Below, one piece after another: positions 22,088-37,200 of a DNA stretch of 64,000 nt. Made by a program: the position numbers and the translations under genes. Origin of the DNA: Tubulanus polymorphus (lineage: Eukaryota; Animalia; Nemertea); the NCBI RefSeq assembly GCF_964204645.1, contig NC_134029.1:20082950-20146949 (forward strand), written 5' to 3'. Below the pieces are notes generated by a model. That model saw only the letters and a program-made list of their open reading frames with translations. It ran no database searches and was not told the origin of the DNA. The stretch's first letter is position 1, and every line of letters begins with the position of its first letter.

Positions 22088-23124
22088 GATATATCTCTGA
22101 GATGAGCCAAAGTTGTGTATTCTATATATAAACTTTCATTAAGCGAACTTGAACCACTTGAACTTGAGCCGAGACAAAACTTCGATCTCAACCATTGCGA
22201 AATGTGTTTTTAAGCATCATATGGAAAATTGCTAGAGATATGCGATTAGTTAAGTCTTATCACTCTCCAAGCTTTCCGAACAAAGATTGTGTCGTCTTAT
22301 TTATTGATGTTTATGAATGTAATGTCTCGAAAAGGAGGAAAAGTTGATGAAATATAACTTACATATGATATAAGTCGTATGCTTGTTTATTAAAGTGGTT
22401 TGCTCTGCTCAGTTCAATCATTTATGGTATGCTGCAGTAATAATTATCAATACATTCTTACCAAGTTAATACGTTTGCTGCCACCGTGATAATACAGCGC
22501 TACCCCCAATTACCACTATGGATTGGAATATACTCACAAGTCGGCGCTGAAGCCCTTACATCGTCAACCTTTGCTGAAATTGACTAATGCGTATTGAGAA
22601 TGAATCGGAGTTAGTTCACATTGCCGGCGAATCAAGAACCGTCATTAGCAAAGAAGCATCTGTTTTGCGTTTATTATGGTTCATGATGTTGTATAGTGTG
22701 GACGAAACATCTTCAAAGACTTCCTTTTCGACGAAGTACAGTGGAATATTGTTAATACTTCTCAGAATCTTGTGGGCAAAAGGGAAATTGTTGTATAAAA
22801 TGGGTATCGTATCTAAATCTTGAGCGATACGAATATGTTAACATGGGACATGCTGGAAATAATTGTAATAAACAGCTTTCGTCTTAAGCAGAAACGTATT
22901 AACGAGGTCCAACAGTACTGATATACAATAAGCGACAATTAAAACGGGAACAATTTCATATGACTGTTAAGGTAACATTTATTTTCTCTCTTGCTATTTA
23001 CACATCAGTTAAACCGTAGTCATTTACAACTTTATGTACAGAGTTTTCAAAATGTGAACAAGAAGGAATGACGAAGCGTATGTACCCTGCTACAACACCG
23101 ATTTTAAGCTAAGCTATGCAGAAC

Positions 23125-23277
23125 GGGGTCATTCATTTATTACGTACGCATTAGGGGAGGGGGTCGGTGCAATTGCGTACTGTAATGCTTAAGGTATACG
23201 AAAAAATGGCCGCTTTTGCGTACAGAGGGGGATTGAAAAATTAAAATTTTATGCGTACATAATTAATGAATGATCCC
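23125..23277. mobile_element. Short TIR element GGGGTCATTCATTTATTACGTACGCA...TGCGTACATAATTAATGAATGATCCC
   Basis: Imperfect inverted repeat of about 26 bp. Confidence 0.6.
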
Positions 23278-25263
23278 AACTCGTATCGAATTTAAAGACG
23301 GCTGGAGAAAGTGATTTCGAAGGTGATGGATTTCGCTACCTATCAACAGCGCCAGAATATCAATTAATTACTTACATACTCTGATCGAAACACTTGACCT
23401 TGTCAATCAACAGATTACAAATCAACTCTGATACAGCTAACAATAGATTACAAATCAACTCTGATGCCACTAAAATAATACCATTTACTTAAAACATACA
23501 AATGCTGCCGAGACCTAAGCATAAAAACGAAATGAACGACAATGAACTGAAAATACTTAAACGATTATTAAATGCTCGCGATCACAGGCAAAAACAAGCA
23601 CTTGCGCATAAATTAACATTAACCATTCCACACGTAACATCAGATTATAAGCGTTATAAAATTAGTCGACAGAATTGAAATAAACAGTAGAAGCTAGAAC
23701 CTGATGCACCAAAACAATCGGGCACCAAAAATAAAATCGATGAAGAAATTACATGATTTCTTTTTTTAATCTTTTACTAAACTATAGTTCTCTTTTAACG
23801 CGTTACTACACGAAGCAGGAGGAATTACACTATTTCTATTATTATGCCATCAAAATTTATAGTTAAATACAAACTCGGTATATGTCTGCTGCCTCAGTAA
23901 CTAACAGAAATGATCAACAGAAATAATGGAATTATATCCATTTAAAAACAATCCCCAAAATGGTAGAACATATTTTCAACTTTTGAACAACTATATTTCT
24001 ATGTCCTTCTTAAGCCTAACTCGGGTCAAATAAGATCTGACCTAATCGTTGAGTGTTAAGGACTTGGCAACCAGTCGCCGCTTTTTCAGTCGGGGAACAT
24101 GAGTGTACTTACGACTGTTGAAACTGATCGCAGACCAGTCGTAAGCCGATCGGACATGTTATATTTCTTACTACGATCGGTATGGATCTTATGTGACGGA
24201 TCTTATGTGACCTGAGTGTACTTACAACCATTTGTAGCCAAAGAACAACGACGTACAAATCACACGACTTAGGCATTCGGTTCAAAATGATCGTGGATCT
24301 CAGGTGACCTTAGAATAGCTAAGATGTAACAAACGAGTCGTGGCTGAATCTGTGACTCGACCTCGCGATGTGACATGAGTTCTTAAGACTGAATTGCAGA
24401 CAATCTGAATCAGATCCAATCTTAGTGCGACCTGAGTATGGTGGTATAGTCCATATACTTGTTTTGCAAAAGTAAGTGAGGATATTAGAATTTTTGAAAA
24501 TGTATTTAATGAGATATGAGGGCGTTTTCTATTAAATAGCTGGTAGTGTAAATGTAGATGTATATATGTTATACTTGGAGCAGGAATGACGATGGGACAC
24601 AAAAATGAGATATTTTCATAAGACTCTCGGTCAAAAAAAGTTAGAAATATAAAATTTGGACCATTTATTATAATGTTAGTGAAGTTTGTTTAAGAGTTAA
24701 AACAATTGTTATTTTCTCTAAATACCGGGTAATCAATAGAGAATAATATAATATTGAGCACACCTATTTATTATACGTCAATTTGTGTAAGTCTTCGATT
24801 ACAAACTCTGTTCATTATTAAAACAATAAATAAAATAATGTCCCCCAATACCGACATTCGATTTTAAGAATAGCACATTTTTTTCTCCTAAATAACTTTC
24901 TAAAATATATCAGAGATATCATCGTTGATTTTCAAGCCTCTCAACTGCGATAATAAATAAAATCTTACCAAATGAATAACAAGAATATAATGTGAACATC
25001 TATCTGATTTAAACTCTTTTAATACGTAATACAGATATTCTTCTTATACGAAGTATCATCTTTTGGACAGCAGAGTTCTTCATATTTTTAGGCTATGTAC
25101 TAGCGTTGCTTTGAGCAACGGGCTGCAGACGTGTTTACTAATCGCGCACTCCGAAAGCGATTTCCGAGTGATATCCGTACGTTGCAATTATAATTCCCAG
25201 ATAAAATTTTGCAAATTTCCAGTTCGAAAAGCGTGCGGCGCATCTTCATCCGGGGGAGGGATG

Positions 25264-28200
25264 CTAGGTGCTGTCGTAGCCATCGTCGACTCCGCTAAGC
25301 ACGGCGTGTTCTTGCGAAATAGCCGCGAGCTCTTTGAGAAACTCTTCAAGAACGATGGCCGCGTAAACGGAGTTTTTCACCTTGATCGACTCGGCCGGGT
25401 CTGGTTGAATAGGCTGGATTATCGGTCGACTGTTTATGTAGCGGTATCCGCCGTGCAGCAGTTTCTCCAATCGTTGACCTTTCCTATCTTTATCCGGCTG
25501 CGGAGAGCGTCGAAAGAAATCGCTGAAACTCGTCCGTCTTTTCTCGGCTGAAAATAACAACATTTATAAATAAATTTGACAATTTTTCAACATTTGAAAG
25601 CAGAATAGACCAGGGTGGCCACTTTCCGCCTTTTTACAAATTCCCCGAGTTTTCCCTAATTTTTCCATGTTATAACAGAAAATTCGAGGTATTTTTCTAG
25701 GTTTAAAATGTTACTATTTATTCTATTTATTGAATTACTAGCGATAAAGAAATGCATGGTCAATAACATATCAAAATTCCCTGAATTCTCCAGGTATTGT
25801 GCAAAATTTGTCATCATCCCCGAGTTTCCCTGATTTTTTCCAAGATTTTTCTGATTCCCTGAGCTTTCCAGGTCAGTGGCCACCCTGTAGACCCTACTAG
25901 TACCTTGTTTGATCTCCGGAATAGCCGATATAGTTCGTATTCTTGCGTTGACACCACCGGCGGAGGTGCCAGCTCCGGTGCTCGGTATGAACATACTATC
26001 GCCTCGAGCCTTAGAAACGTCCTGCACTCCCTGCATGCTATCCCGCCACGCCAGAAATCGTCGCGCTTTCAATAGCAAACTCTCAAAATTATCCACCGTA
26101 TACGAATAGCAGTCGATCTTGTGTTTTACCGAACCGAGAACCTGCGAAACACGTCGGAAAAATGCACATTCATTATTCTTTTTTAAACACTACGAATTGA
26201 TTAATAACATATCGATGTCGCCCAATTTTGATACATCTAAAGTATAAAATGTGATGTTTTACACTAAAGCCCACGGTTTCAGTGCCTTAATTTTCTATGT
26301 ACAGCCTTTCGGCTCGCACTGTATCCCTTGGAACCTACATCATGTATTTATGAAGAAAAAAAAATAATAGCATCGATTATCAATTATATTGTATGTACGG
26401 TTTTCGAAAAATAAATATCTATCTATCTATCTAGGCCTTGTTACACATTTCAGGTGCGGAATTAGATGTTAGCAACGTAGGCAGACGCCAGTGTCACGAA
26501 AACTTTGGGTGCTTGGATCCCTACCGGACACAGCCTCCATTGGTCGATGTCGCCCAATTTTGATACATCTAAAGTATAAAACCAGGGGCCAGTTGCTCAA
26601 AATTTGGTTAGAGTTAACCAGTGGATAGTTGATATGGTGACAATTGAAATTTTTACTATGGTATTTAACAGCCGGTTATCTTTAACCAACTTTTGAGCAA
26701 CTGGCCCCTGGACCCAGTTCCACAGTTGTGAGTTAGAGTTAACTCTGAGTTAAAGTTAGTTCATTTTCAATGAGTTAACTCAGAGTCAAATCTTAACTCA
26801 CAACTGTGGAACTGGACCCTGATGATTACAGTGAAGCCTTGTTACAGATTTCAGGTGTGGAATCAGATGTTAGCAGTGAAGGCAGACGCCAGTGTCACGA
26901 AAACTTTGGGTGCTTGGATCCCTACTGGACACAGCCTCCATTGGCTTTCCAAGCATCCAGCCGCGTATGTATGTAATCTATATATCATTTATACTGCGTA
27001 TGTACATGGCGAAATAAATATTATATTATAAATTATTTTATCATTGCTAGGATATTGAACCAAAGAACAAATTTTCATGGATTATGCTCTTTTCTATATG
27101 TTGTGCTACCCTCAACAGTGGTCCCTGGATCCACCCCTGTATTCTCTAGTCCCATGAAGTTCCGCAGTTGTGAGATGAGTTAAAATCACATGTACAAGCA
27201 GTTCATTTCAAATCACGACCCAAAACTGCGATACAGACAGATCTGTTGAACGATAATCAAATTGTTGCGAATGACTTACCTGGATCAACGACTTAATCTG
27301 CGGCTGAAACACGAGGTTAGGATTGATGAGGAACGATTTGAGTAGAGGTTGAGGGTAGTAGGCGAGTCGTGCGATCACCCCGGTCAGCAGTAGGTTCACA
27401 TAAAACGTGTTCTGCATTAGGCTTTCGAACTTCTGTAAAATTACTGTTAAAAACGGTCCTACAAAAACGGATAATTCAAAGAAGTTAACATCACGATACA
27501 TATAATCTTTGTTTTAAATTAAGCCCATCACGTGATATTCAAACTCTTAAGATTAAAGTTCGGATCTTTTCAGACTATAAGAAATATCTGAAGTCACATT
27601 TCAACGAATATCCAAGTCAAACAGAACCCAAGTTGAATAGAACCAACTTCAACTTGAGTAGAATATTCGGTACGTATATACATCACTATATCTGATTTGC
27701 TTTCCCCCGACTATTCCCTGAAGTGCACGTTGTTTTCCCTGACTTGTTTTGCTAAGAATTCGATCAATTAACACAGTCAAATACACGAAACATGGACTTA
27801 AACTGTCTCAACAAATTTCCCTGATTTCTAGCTTTTTTTCTACAAAATTCCCTGACTTTACCCTGGTAAGTGGCCACCCTGCATATGTTTGAGGTGCCTT
27901 ACTGTCTGAACTAATTTCCCTGATTTCTAATTTTTTTCCACAAAATTCCCTGACTTTACCCTGGTAATTGGCCACCCTGTAAATGTTTAAGGTGCCTTTC
28001 TATATTCAATCTACTTCACCGTCCACATATCATAAGAATTCATTAATTACCTATATTAGGCGGCCCTAAATCATCACTTTTCGCATCTTGTTGTTTGCCA
28101 GCGTATGTCGGTTGCGCGGCGGATCGCTGATTCACGTCGGCGTTATCTTGCACGGCGGGACTACCTTCTCGAGACACGGACAGCTCCTGCGTCGGTATCG

Positions 28201-31200
28201 CCTGCAGCGTTTCCGACGCGCTCGCGTTCGACTCGAACTCTGACAAGTTCACGTCGGACGGCATCGACTCCGACAACACGCTGTCCGTACGCAGACGCAG
28301 ACTCAGTTCCGACACGTCCGAGTACGTGCGGTATCGATAATCGTAATCGCCCGCTTGTTGACTCGCCGCGCTGCCCGAACGATGCCGGTCGGGGTCAACG
28401 AATTTGAAACCTTTGATCAGCACGTCGATTTCGCGAATGCTCTCTTCGATGGTCATCTTTTCGCCGTCGTCGTCGTCGGGGGTTTTAACTTTACGCAAAC
28501 TGTGTAGGAAGACGTTTAGATCGGCGTGGTCGCCGTCGTCCTGAGAACGATCCATGTCGGACGTTCCGGAATCTTGCGATTCGACGTCATCGCCGGCTGC
28601 GGCTGCTGCGGCGACGACTCGTCCGTTCGGTTCTCCGCTAGCTCCACCCGGAACCGCGTCGAAACTCGCCGAGCTCGGCTTACGCGGCGACATATCGACG
28701 ATGCTATTCTTACGCGAATCGCCTTTCGTTTGTCCGTGCGATTTGATTTTCAAACTTTCCATCCCAGACGTCAGAGAATCGATCGTCAACTGCGTCGAGG
28801 AACGCTTTTTACCGGGATTCGCGGCGTCCCGGTCGACGATCGCGGCTTCTTCCTCCGTTGTCGTTTTATCGCCCGATTTACGAATCAGGCTATCGGCGGC
28901 TGGGCGTTCGCCGTCGTACGGCTGCGACCAGCATAAACACGATTTGGCACACGCGTGAATATTCGCTTTCGACTCTTTCAGGTAATCGATGTACGACGTT
29001 TCGTAGTGATCGAGGCGACTACCGTAACTTCCCGGCGGAAACGACATCGACGGATCTGGACAAGCCGCCCTAAAATGATCGTCGAAAAAACAGAAGATTT
29101 TATCAGACATCCACGACGATCATCATTTAGTTTCAGTCAAACCTGCTTTATTCGAACCGGTTTAATTCGGACTTTGATCTAATCTGGATTCATGTACAGT
29201 AAGCCTACACAATGCATGTTAACCCTTTCAGTGCTGACTGATTTATACCCGAAAATGCTGGAGGTTATTTGAAAATTTAAAAAGATTTCACTCCACTGCG
29301 CGTCTATACGGCATGGTGCATCATTAGTTATTAATATCTAACTATATTTGACAGGTACTACCATCTTTCAAAAGAGATAAATATCAATGACTTCCAACAT
29401 CAATACAGCGCCATACAGTGAACTAGCATTGTCCATCACTGATTCATACACCGCACTGCGGTGTAGATGCGCTGAAAGGGTTGAACATGATGTTTTATTC
29501 GGATTTTTCATAAAGAACCAAAATTCATCGATCCCGAATGATCCAAATTAAACAGGTTTTACTGCAATTTCAATGAGGTTAATAAGTTTGTTTTCTTTTT
29601 TTCATTATCAAAATTCAGAATTTTCACAGCTCGGATTTAGATGACTTCCATATCAGTCAGTCGTCTTGGCTGGAAGAATGTCTACGCAGAGACTAAAGAT
29701 TTCAAGCTTGAACGAAGGATTAATTGTGGTGTAGTATTAGTGCAGAATAATTATCTAACAAACGTACTTGAATATCATAATTAACGCATTGAATGTGCTT
29801 ACGAAGATGTACATGTAGCATTAGGATTTTTGTGCCTGGGCTCAATTCCATCCGTGCGACAGGAGCAACTGTAAGCTTAAGACCTTTCATCTCAGTCTGA
29901 TTACCTACAGACGATACAGGGCCGGATCCAGAGGCCAATTTTGAAGGACTCGTCACGTCCCATAAGGGCACTGCGATGTCCAAAAAGGCAATAGTAGGTT
30001 AGAGGGGCTAATTTTGAAGAACAAGTTACGCCCCAAAATGGTACTTTGATGTCCAAAAAGCCTGCCGCACTGCAAATGCACCAATTATCGTCATTGCCAA
30101 AATGAAAAAGGGCATTGAATTGAAATTTGATGGACAGGCTCATAAAGCCCCCCTGGATCCGCCCCGCAATATTTCACATCACCCTTATAGAAACCAAAGC
30201 AAAATCCTATTTGGAATCGGGCCCAGATCCATATTCACTATACATAATGCACATGTGCGTTTCAAAATTATTACGTTGAAAATGGACGATACTTTCAACG
30301 CAATAGCTGAACTATCTACAGGATAATATTTAATACTTCCGTGCTCTGGAATAAACGAACATAAATGTCTGAAAATAACGTATATATGAGAACCAGGGCA
30401 GCTGCGTCTACGTCTCTGATCCCTGATAACTAACGAAAGAAATGAAAGAAAGATTATCTACGATAGAAAACTATGAAGAATGCTTTTCTGAATAGAAAAT
30501 GACTGAAATTATTATGGTATATGTAGTCACACCATGCACAGTTCAGTTACTTCAGTTTAGCAATTGATGATTTTAGTTGCAACACACCGCATAAAAAAAT
30601 ATGCTACTAGAAAGCTGATCATTCCTTATTTTATCAACATGAAGGCAGATTTTTCAGTATTTGTTAACAATTAATTTAACCCTTTCAGTGCATCTACACC
30701 ATAATGCGGAGTATAAATCAGTGATGACTTTGCTAGTACACCGCATCATGGTGTATTGATGTTATTAATGACTAGTTTTTATCTCTATTGAAAGATGGCA
30801 GCACCTGTCGAACATAATCGAATATTAGTAACTAACAATACGCCGCACCATGACGATCTTTGCTGCAAATTTTCGAATTGTCTTCAGCACTTTCAGGTAT
30901 TAATCAGTCAGTACTGAAAGGATTAAAGAACTGTTGAGCCAGGTTTCATTGAAAGATACGCCAAGAACTTATGGACTTCAATTTCTTTTTGGTTATGACC
31001 TAAATCCCTCATGAATTTCATAAATAGAAGCCAATTCGCCTTTTACTTCAGTAAGAATGAATGTTTTCATCTATGAAACAGCCTAAAATCTGAAACATAC
31101 GTATTGTTAGTACGGCATGAAGCAACTGCTGGTTAAACCTTAGACATACTAATAGTGAGTTGTAGCTCGGTATGTCTACGGTTAGAATAAGAGGTGCTGT

Positions 31201-34200
31201 CCCGATCTGTGCATGCCGAGAATCAGAATATTTACAAACACATACTGCGGCGGTGGCGGGGATATTGGACGTCTGCTACTTTCTACTCGAGTCAGCTCGC
31301 GTAAGGACCCCAATAAACTGACTAGTCCAGACGTGATTCGTCCTCGAGTTCGCGAAGTCGTCGGCGCCGGTTTTCGAGAAGAGCTTTGCTTCCGACTGCA
31401 ATGCAATTAATGACAATCGGAGATAAGCAGAGGAGATTTCAGCGAGCGAGAGAGAGAGCGTCCGGTAGGTTTCTAGAACTCTGTCCGACGAACAGGGTCA
31501 TCATTACGAGTTCGCCAAGCACAGGAGGGCAGCAAGATATCGACCTATTCCATTGATAAGCTGTTTGAAAAATATCCGAAGCATAGACTACAGGGAAACC
31601 AAGCTTTCAAATAACACGTTCACCGCCGCCATGTTTAACAGGTTATCTCGTCATTGGCAATAGAGCTAGTTCATAATCAGCCGGCATTCAAAATTGACTA
31701 ACCAAAATTACCAGAATGAAGCTGAATTTGTTCCCATTGCCGGCCAATTAGGAACTCTATCATTCCGATTGCCATAGTGCATATATCGTAGTGAATATGA
31801 CCTACGAGATAACTCATAGTGGCACTGGGCCCAGTTTCCCATAAAGGATTAAGGCCTAAATCGCTTTAAGATAAGCCAAATTAATGAAGAAATTAAATCG
31901 ATTTAAGAGTTGAACCTTTTTGTTAAACTGGGCCCTGGTGACAGTACTGGGAGTACGAGATATCTCATAGTCGGCAGCAAATGTGTTAAAGGAACCACGA
32001 CTATAAAATGCATTAAGAATTTGTCTTGAAATTGAGTCTCGGCCTCTTTTTTAAGGGTTGAATAAAACTACACGGATCTACAACCATAGGTGCAGGTGTG
32101 ATTTTTTACATTTAATACAACATTTCGTTACATTCGTTCGCTCGAACATGTTATATCCAAAAACCAACGAAGAAATTGAGGAATTACTGTAAACCGCTAA
32201 TGTTAGCTTTCACTTATTGGAAAGTGATAATACCAATGTATTACCAACGAAATCATATACAACCTTTCCCCAAGACATGTGCACGCATCATCACGGATAG
32301 AAACAAAAGATGAATCGAAAATGCCGAAAGTTTCTTTTAAGTTTTTCGAATTTTTGTCTAGCGCGTACAGACCGTCAGATTTGTAGAAAATCATCTTTCG
32401 TTTCTAAATCCGAAACGAGCGAAAGTGCGAATTAGTCTAGTCTAATATATGTACGATGTTAAACGCAAAGCCTTACCCTAGTCTCATATCACAATCATGT
32501 GACTGAGATCTTGTACAAGCGGGCGACAGGTCACTCAAGCATCGTGTGTGGTCACTGATCGATAACACATAATAATTAAAACGTCTATTATCATTAATAA
32601 TCATTAATAATCATTAATAATCAACGGTGTGTTCATTGCGAAATGCATTATGTCTGCTACGTAATCACAATTTGAATTAGGGTCCCTAGAGTTTTAGAGA
32701 AAATTTTAAATTTCGAGGAAGCGTCTGCATCACTTGCGTATCCCAAATACAGTAGACTCCTCCTAAATCGGTACTGTTTAGCTAAGTAAAAATTCGGAGG
32801 TTTTGTAAGCAGATTTTTATCCACAACCTAAACTCCATTTCTAATTGGGTAAAAAAAATCCTGGTCCCAGCTGTACCGATTTCGGAGTAGTCTACTGTAG
32901 GCCTACAATTACAAACTAGACACAAATATCTAATTGCTCATTTCACAAAATTGAAGAAATTTTGCTCACATTATAGGAGTTTCAAGCACCTTTAAAAACA
33001 TTTTTCATTTTGAAGGAGTTTTCTAAGGAATCAGTAAGTCCTAGGGACCCTGTGAATTTACCGGTAGCAGGTGGCGCGAGTATATAGCGATTGCTGAATT
33101 GACTAAGGACGGCAAGAACATTTTAAGACATAATTTTTGTTTGCAAGTAAGGATTCATTCAAGTGCAGAAAGCCTACAGTTACATTGTATAGCGGCGATA
33201 GCAGTGCAACAAGTGGAATATTTACACAATTCCTGATTATCATTTACGGACATGCATAGATACTACTACATAATAACACGAAGATATACGAAGATTTAAA
33301 AGGGCCGTAGTTGATTGAATAATAAAATAGACTCTGCGAGTCTGATATTGTCACTGACATATATGCATGTTAGCCTCAAATATCGGAGATACCGTCTCAA
33401 ACGCACAACGGAACTAGTCTTACAGCGATGAGCTTGATCAATTTGAACCAATTTTGATTCAAAGCTAATCCATTAGCACTCAAGCCGCCCGCATCTGCCC
33501 TGCCTATTTCTTAATCCTCAAGCCACCTGAATCCAACCCGCCCTGACTCTTTTTCATCAGCCAAACAAAAACGGTTTAAGTGCGATTCGAACACAATAGC
33601 TTAGATAAACTAGACACAAAGACACCAAATTCCGGACGGCAGAAGGTCACAATTTTGGTGGCCCACCTCACCAAATCTTATATCAAATCAAAGCCCAGAG
33701 TGTTTACAAGAATATAACCAAACTTGTAATACATGAATGAAAATTAACTGAAAATTAGTTATTTTGTATCATGATTATTTTGGATTTACCCTTAGATTTT
33801 CTGACAAGTAATAGACACATACATATTGAAATGTCCCAGTGCTAATGGGTTAAGTCAAACTCATAACTGTGGAATTGGTAACTGACTGATTTTGTACGAT
33901 GTTACGAATTACGATACCTTTGTAGTTCAGGCGTGCTCGGAGCATTTTGCGGACTATCGTTCCAATCAGGTACGCAGCACGTCGGCGTCAACGACAAGAA
34001 CTTTTCAGCAGCTTTACCGTACAAATCGACTCCTTTCAACGACCGACGCTGACTGACCATGACGTGCGTGCACGGAATCAGATACCTGAATTTAACACGC
34101 AAATTCTTTCTAATTTATTTATCATGATATATTTCTATCAACGTTCGCGGAGTATTTCATTCTTTTTACCTGAATATCAGTTGGTACATGACCTCTTCGC

Positions 34201-37200
34201 AGTTCAGGTCGACCAACGTTTTGAAAAATGCCAACGAAACCATGCATAACTGGAAAATAAAATAATCACTGGGTCATTAGCTAGTAAGTATTATTTTCCC
34301 AATTTTATCCACATGAAAAAAAGTTGAAAATTCGACAGTCCCTACATTAAGACATTTAATGATATGGTAGTTGAATTGATGTGGAGAATCATTGAAATAC
34401 TGACTTTATCCGGGGTTCAGACAGTGGCTGATGTTTTGTCTGTAGCCCCATTATTATGAAAAATACAACCATTGAGATGGCTGAGGAATTTTGAAAATAG
34501 ATCAATGCATAACCTTCATTTTTTCTCAGTCCTCCAAAAATTCAAAAGATTGTTTGAATAACAAAAAGGATTTTCATTTTTTTTCTGTTCCCTTCCATTT
34601 TAATAAAAAATTTTCTATTTTCAACTTTCCCTCCACCCTCTCATTTTCTCATCAAAAAAGGTCCACGATACTCCAAGTAAACAGAAAAGAAGGCTGTAAT
34701 CGAGCAGATTAGCCTTACGCGAGTATTGCTGTTAATCCTAGTGACGAGTGAATCCAGTATAACGATTTCGTCGTGTTTTCCCGTCAGTATAAACCGTAGA
34801 AACGTTCTCATCAGAGCCGGCTCGGTGATCTGACGTACGAATAAATCCAAGTACGCAGTCGCGGCAATAATTTCTTCCATTGAATTCTGAAAGAAAAATT
34901 CATTTCGAAACTATTCGCATCGTAGGACGTTATGACATTTTGGTTTTCATAGACAAGTGAACATCTCATTTCAGCAAAAGAACAAAACCGACAGACACTA
35001 GCAGCCATCACACTGATTTGGCACGGGATTTGGCACAGGATTTGGCATGGATTAGACCCAGGTTTAATTTGGCCGTGCTTGATTTGGAAAGAGCGTTCAC
35101 ACAAAAATCACTCACTCAATACTAAACAATGCTTAAACAAAGCAAAGCGAGTCAGTTTCAGAACCAGTTGCAATTCACACGCAATCATTTGACCGTGCAA
35201 AAAGTTTGGCTCGGGTCGGGCCAAAATGGCATATGCGTGAACAATTTTTTTGTTGCGGGTCTAAATCGGCATGGGCCAAAAATGCTTGTGTGATTGCAGC
35301 TACTGACGGATGATTTAAACATTTCAACTGCAGCTAGTTTTTGAGTTGAAACATCGTAACCCTCTTGTGAGTTTTTCTTTGATTGTGGGTTTTACTCTAT
35401 TCATAAGTTATGACATATACGTTTAAAGGGGTGGTACATCAAATAAAGGTGTACGTGTAGAGGTAATTTTCAAAAACTTGAAAACTAAACAGGCGTACCC
35501 CGAGGATTACACAAAAATGGAAACTAGTTAAGGTATAACATGCTACCGAATTGTGCAATTGTTAACTGAAGGATTACTGGTTAGCTAATACTAGAAATAA
35601 GAACAATATCCATGGGTTCACTCGGCTCGCAATATTTACACTAAAAGCTAATGTTTCGATCGACAAAAGATCGAGTTTCATTTTTGACAACATGGTTGTG
35701 CGATAACACGAAGCACCTGTACTACACATATAGGTTCATAGTAGAGATTAAAGCCATACATTTTCGATGCCTCTTGGTTGAAGCATATAACAAATTTTAG
35801 TTTGCGCCTCACCGTGTTCGAGGGATGGTCAATAAGTAAAGGGGACGAAGTGAAATTCCGTAACGAATTAGAAATTCAAAATTTTCAGCTGTTTTATAAC
35901 AACCATGCTACGGCGAAGAACGTTTTAGTTTCGGAATTTCGCTTCATTATACCATTCACAGATTAGTGGTGCGTTCTAGTAAGAGTTTCCGAATAAAGTT
36001 AGTTAAACAAATAAAGGTCTTGTGTAACATATGAAAAAAGTGCCGCCGTCGGTCAAGTTTGGAACGGATGAAAAACGGAAAAACGCAAAGCCCGTTGAAT
36101 GACGATGATGTTTTCTACGAACCCGAAATGCCGGCATATCGAACAGCGGAACGGGTATCCCACATAGATCCTGATAATCAATAGAGAATGCGAGATTTCA
36201 ACGATTTAGAAATATCTTTAGAATATATCGAAATCGTTTTTTAGAGCCTGTTTTCGTTCATTTTCATCTGAAGTATTATATAGGGTACACAAATTATTAA
36301 GAGTCTAGACGTACGAGCAAAGCGTGCATAACAACAGACGCTACTGGTTAAACTAGCGAGTTAGATCTACAACAATTACGACTAGTTTTCAAATCATCGG
36401 GCCAATCTCCGATCAATATATTGATATCACAACAGTTAGATATTCACAATAGGATAGTAAGATCCGATATTTGGAGTTGTGAGTCCCATTATATTTGATA
36501 TCGAAACTTCATGGCATAAGGCTTACCTGATGAAGTGCCGGTCCGAGAACAGGCACTAGAAATCCGTTGTAGATGAAATTTAATAGTTGATTACGCACTA
36601 ACGGATGCGCCACCTGTAAAAAAAGTTTCGCTTCATTATTAGACGAAATATACCAGTAGGTAAAAGGTACTAAATTGATGCTACCAGATTTTAGTTTTTT
36701 CGGTCCAGTTAACTATCGATCAAGCTAGTCTAAGATGGGGATAAATGCCAAGAATTCAGAAAACGACTCCCAGATTTCTTTTCGGATTCGATTAAAATCT
36801 ATCAATAATTTCTCATTTCTATGAATGATGAGTAAAAATCATGTTATACAGTAGACTCCGCTCTTTCGGGACCGTAAAAATGTGTCTTGACTGATATCAT
36901 GAATGTTGTGATTTCATAAATAGTGTCACAAAAAATATTTCGATAAACATCCGAGTTGATCGGATCCGACTCGAGCAGAGTCTACTGTATATGGACCTTA
37001 AACATAAATCCGAGTTGTTGCGCCGACATGCACAGCATCTAGCGGGATAGCTGGTGGCACGGGTCCTTATTGATGACCGTCCCGCTTACTACGAGCTCCA
37101 TAACAAACTTCCATTTACCTGTACGACAGCGTTACAGAATTCTAAAGAGTTGAGAAACATGACGAGATCGGGAATTTGCAGCCAATCTTCGCGGTTCAGT

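Noticed and set aside
33061-33101. Candidate FHIP1 micro-exon
   Set aside because: The available splice sites give 41 or 32 nt, which break the frame.
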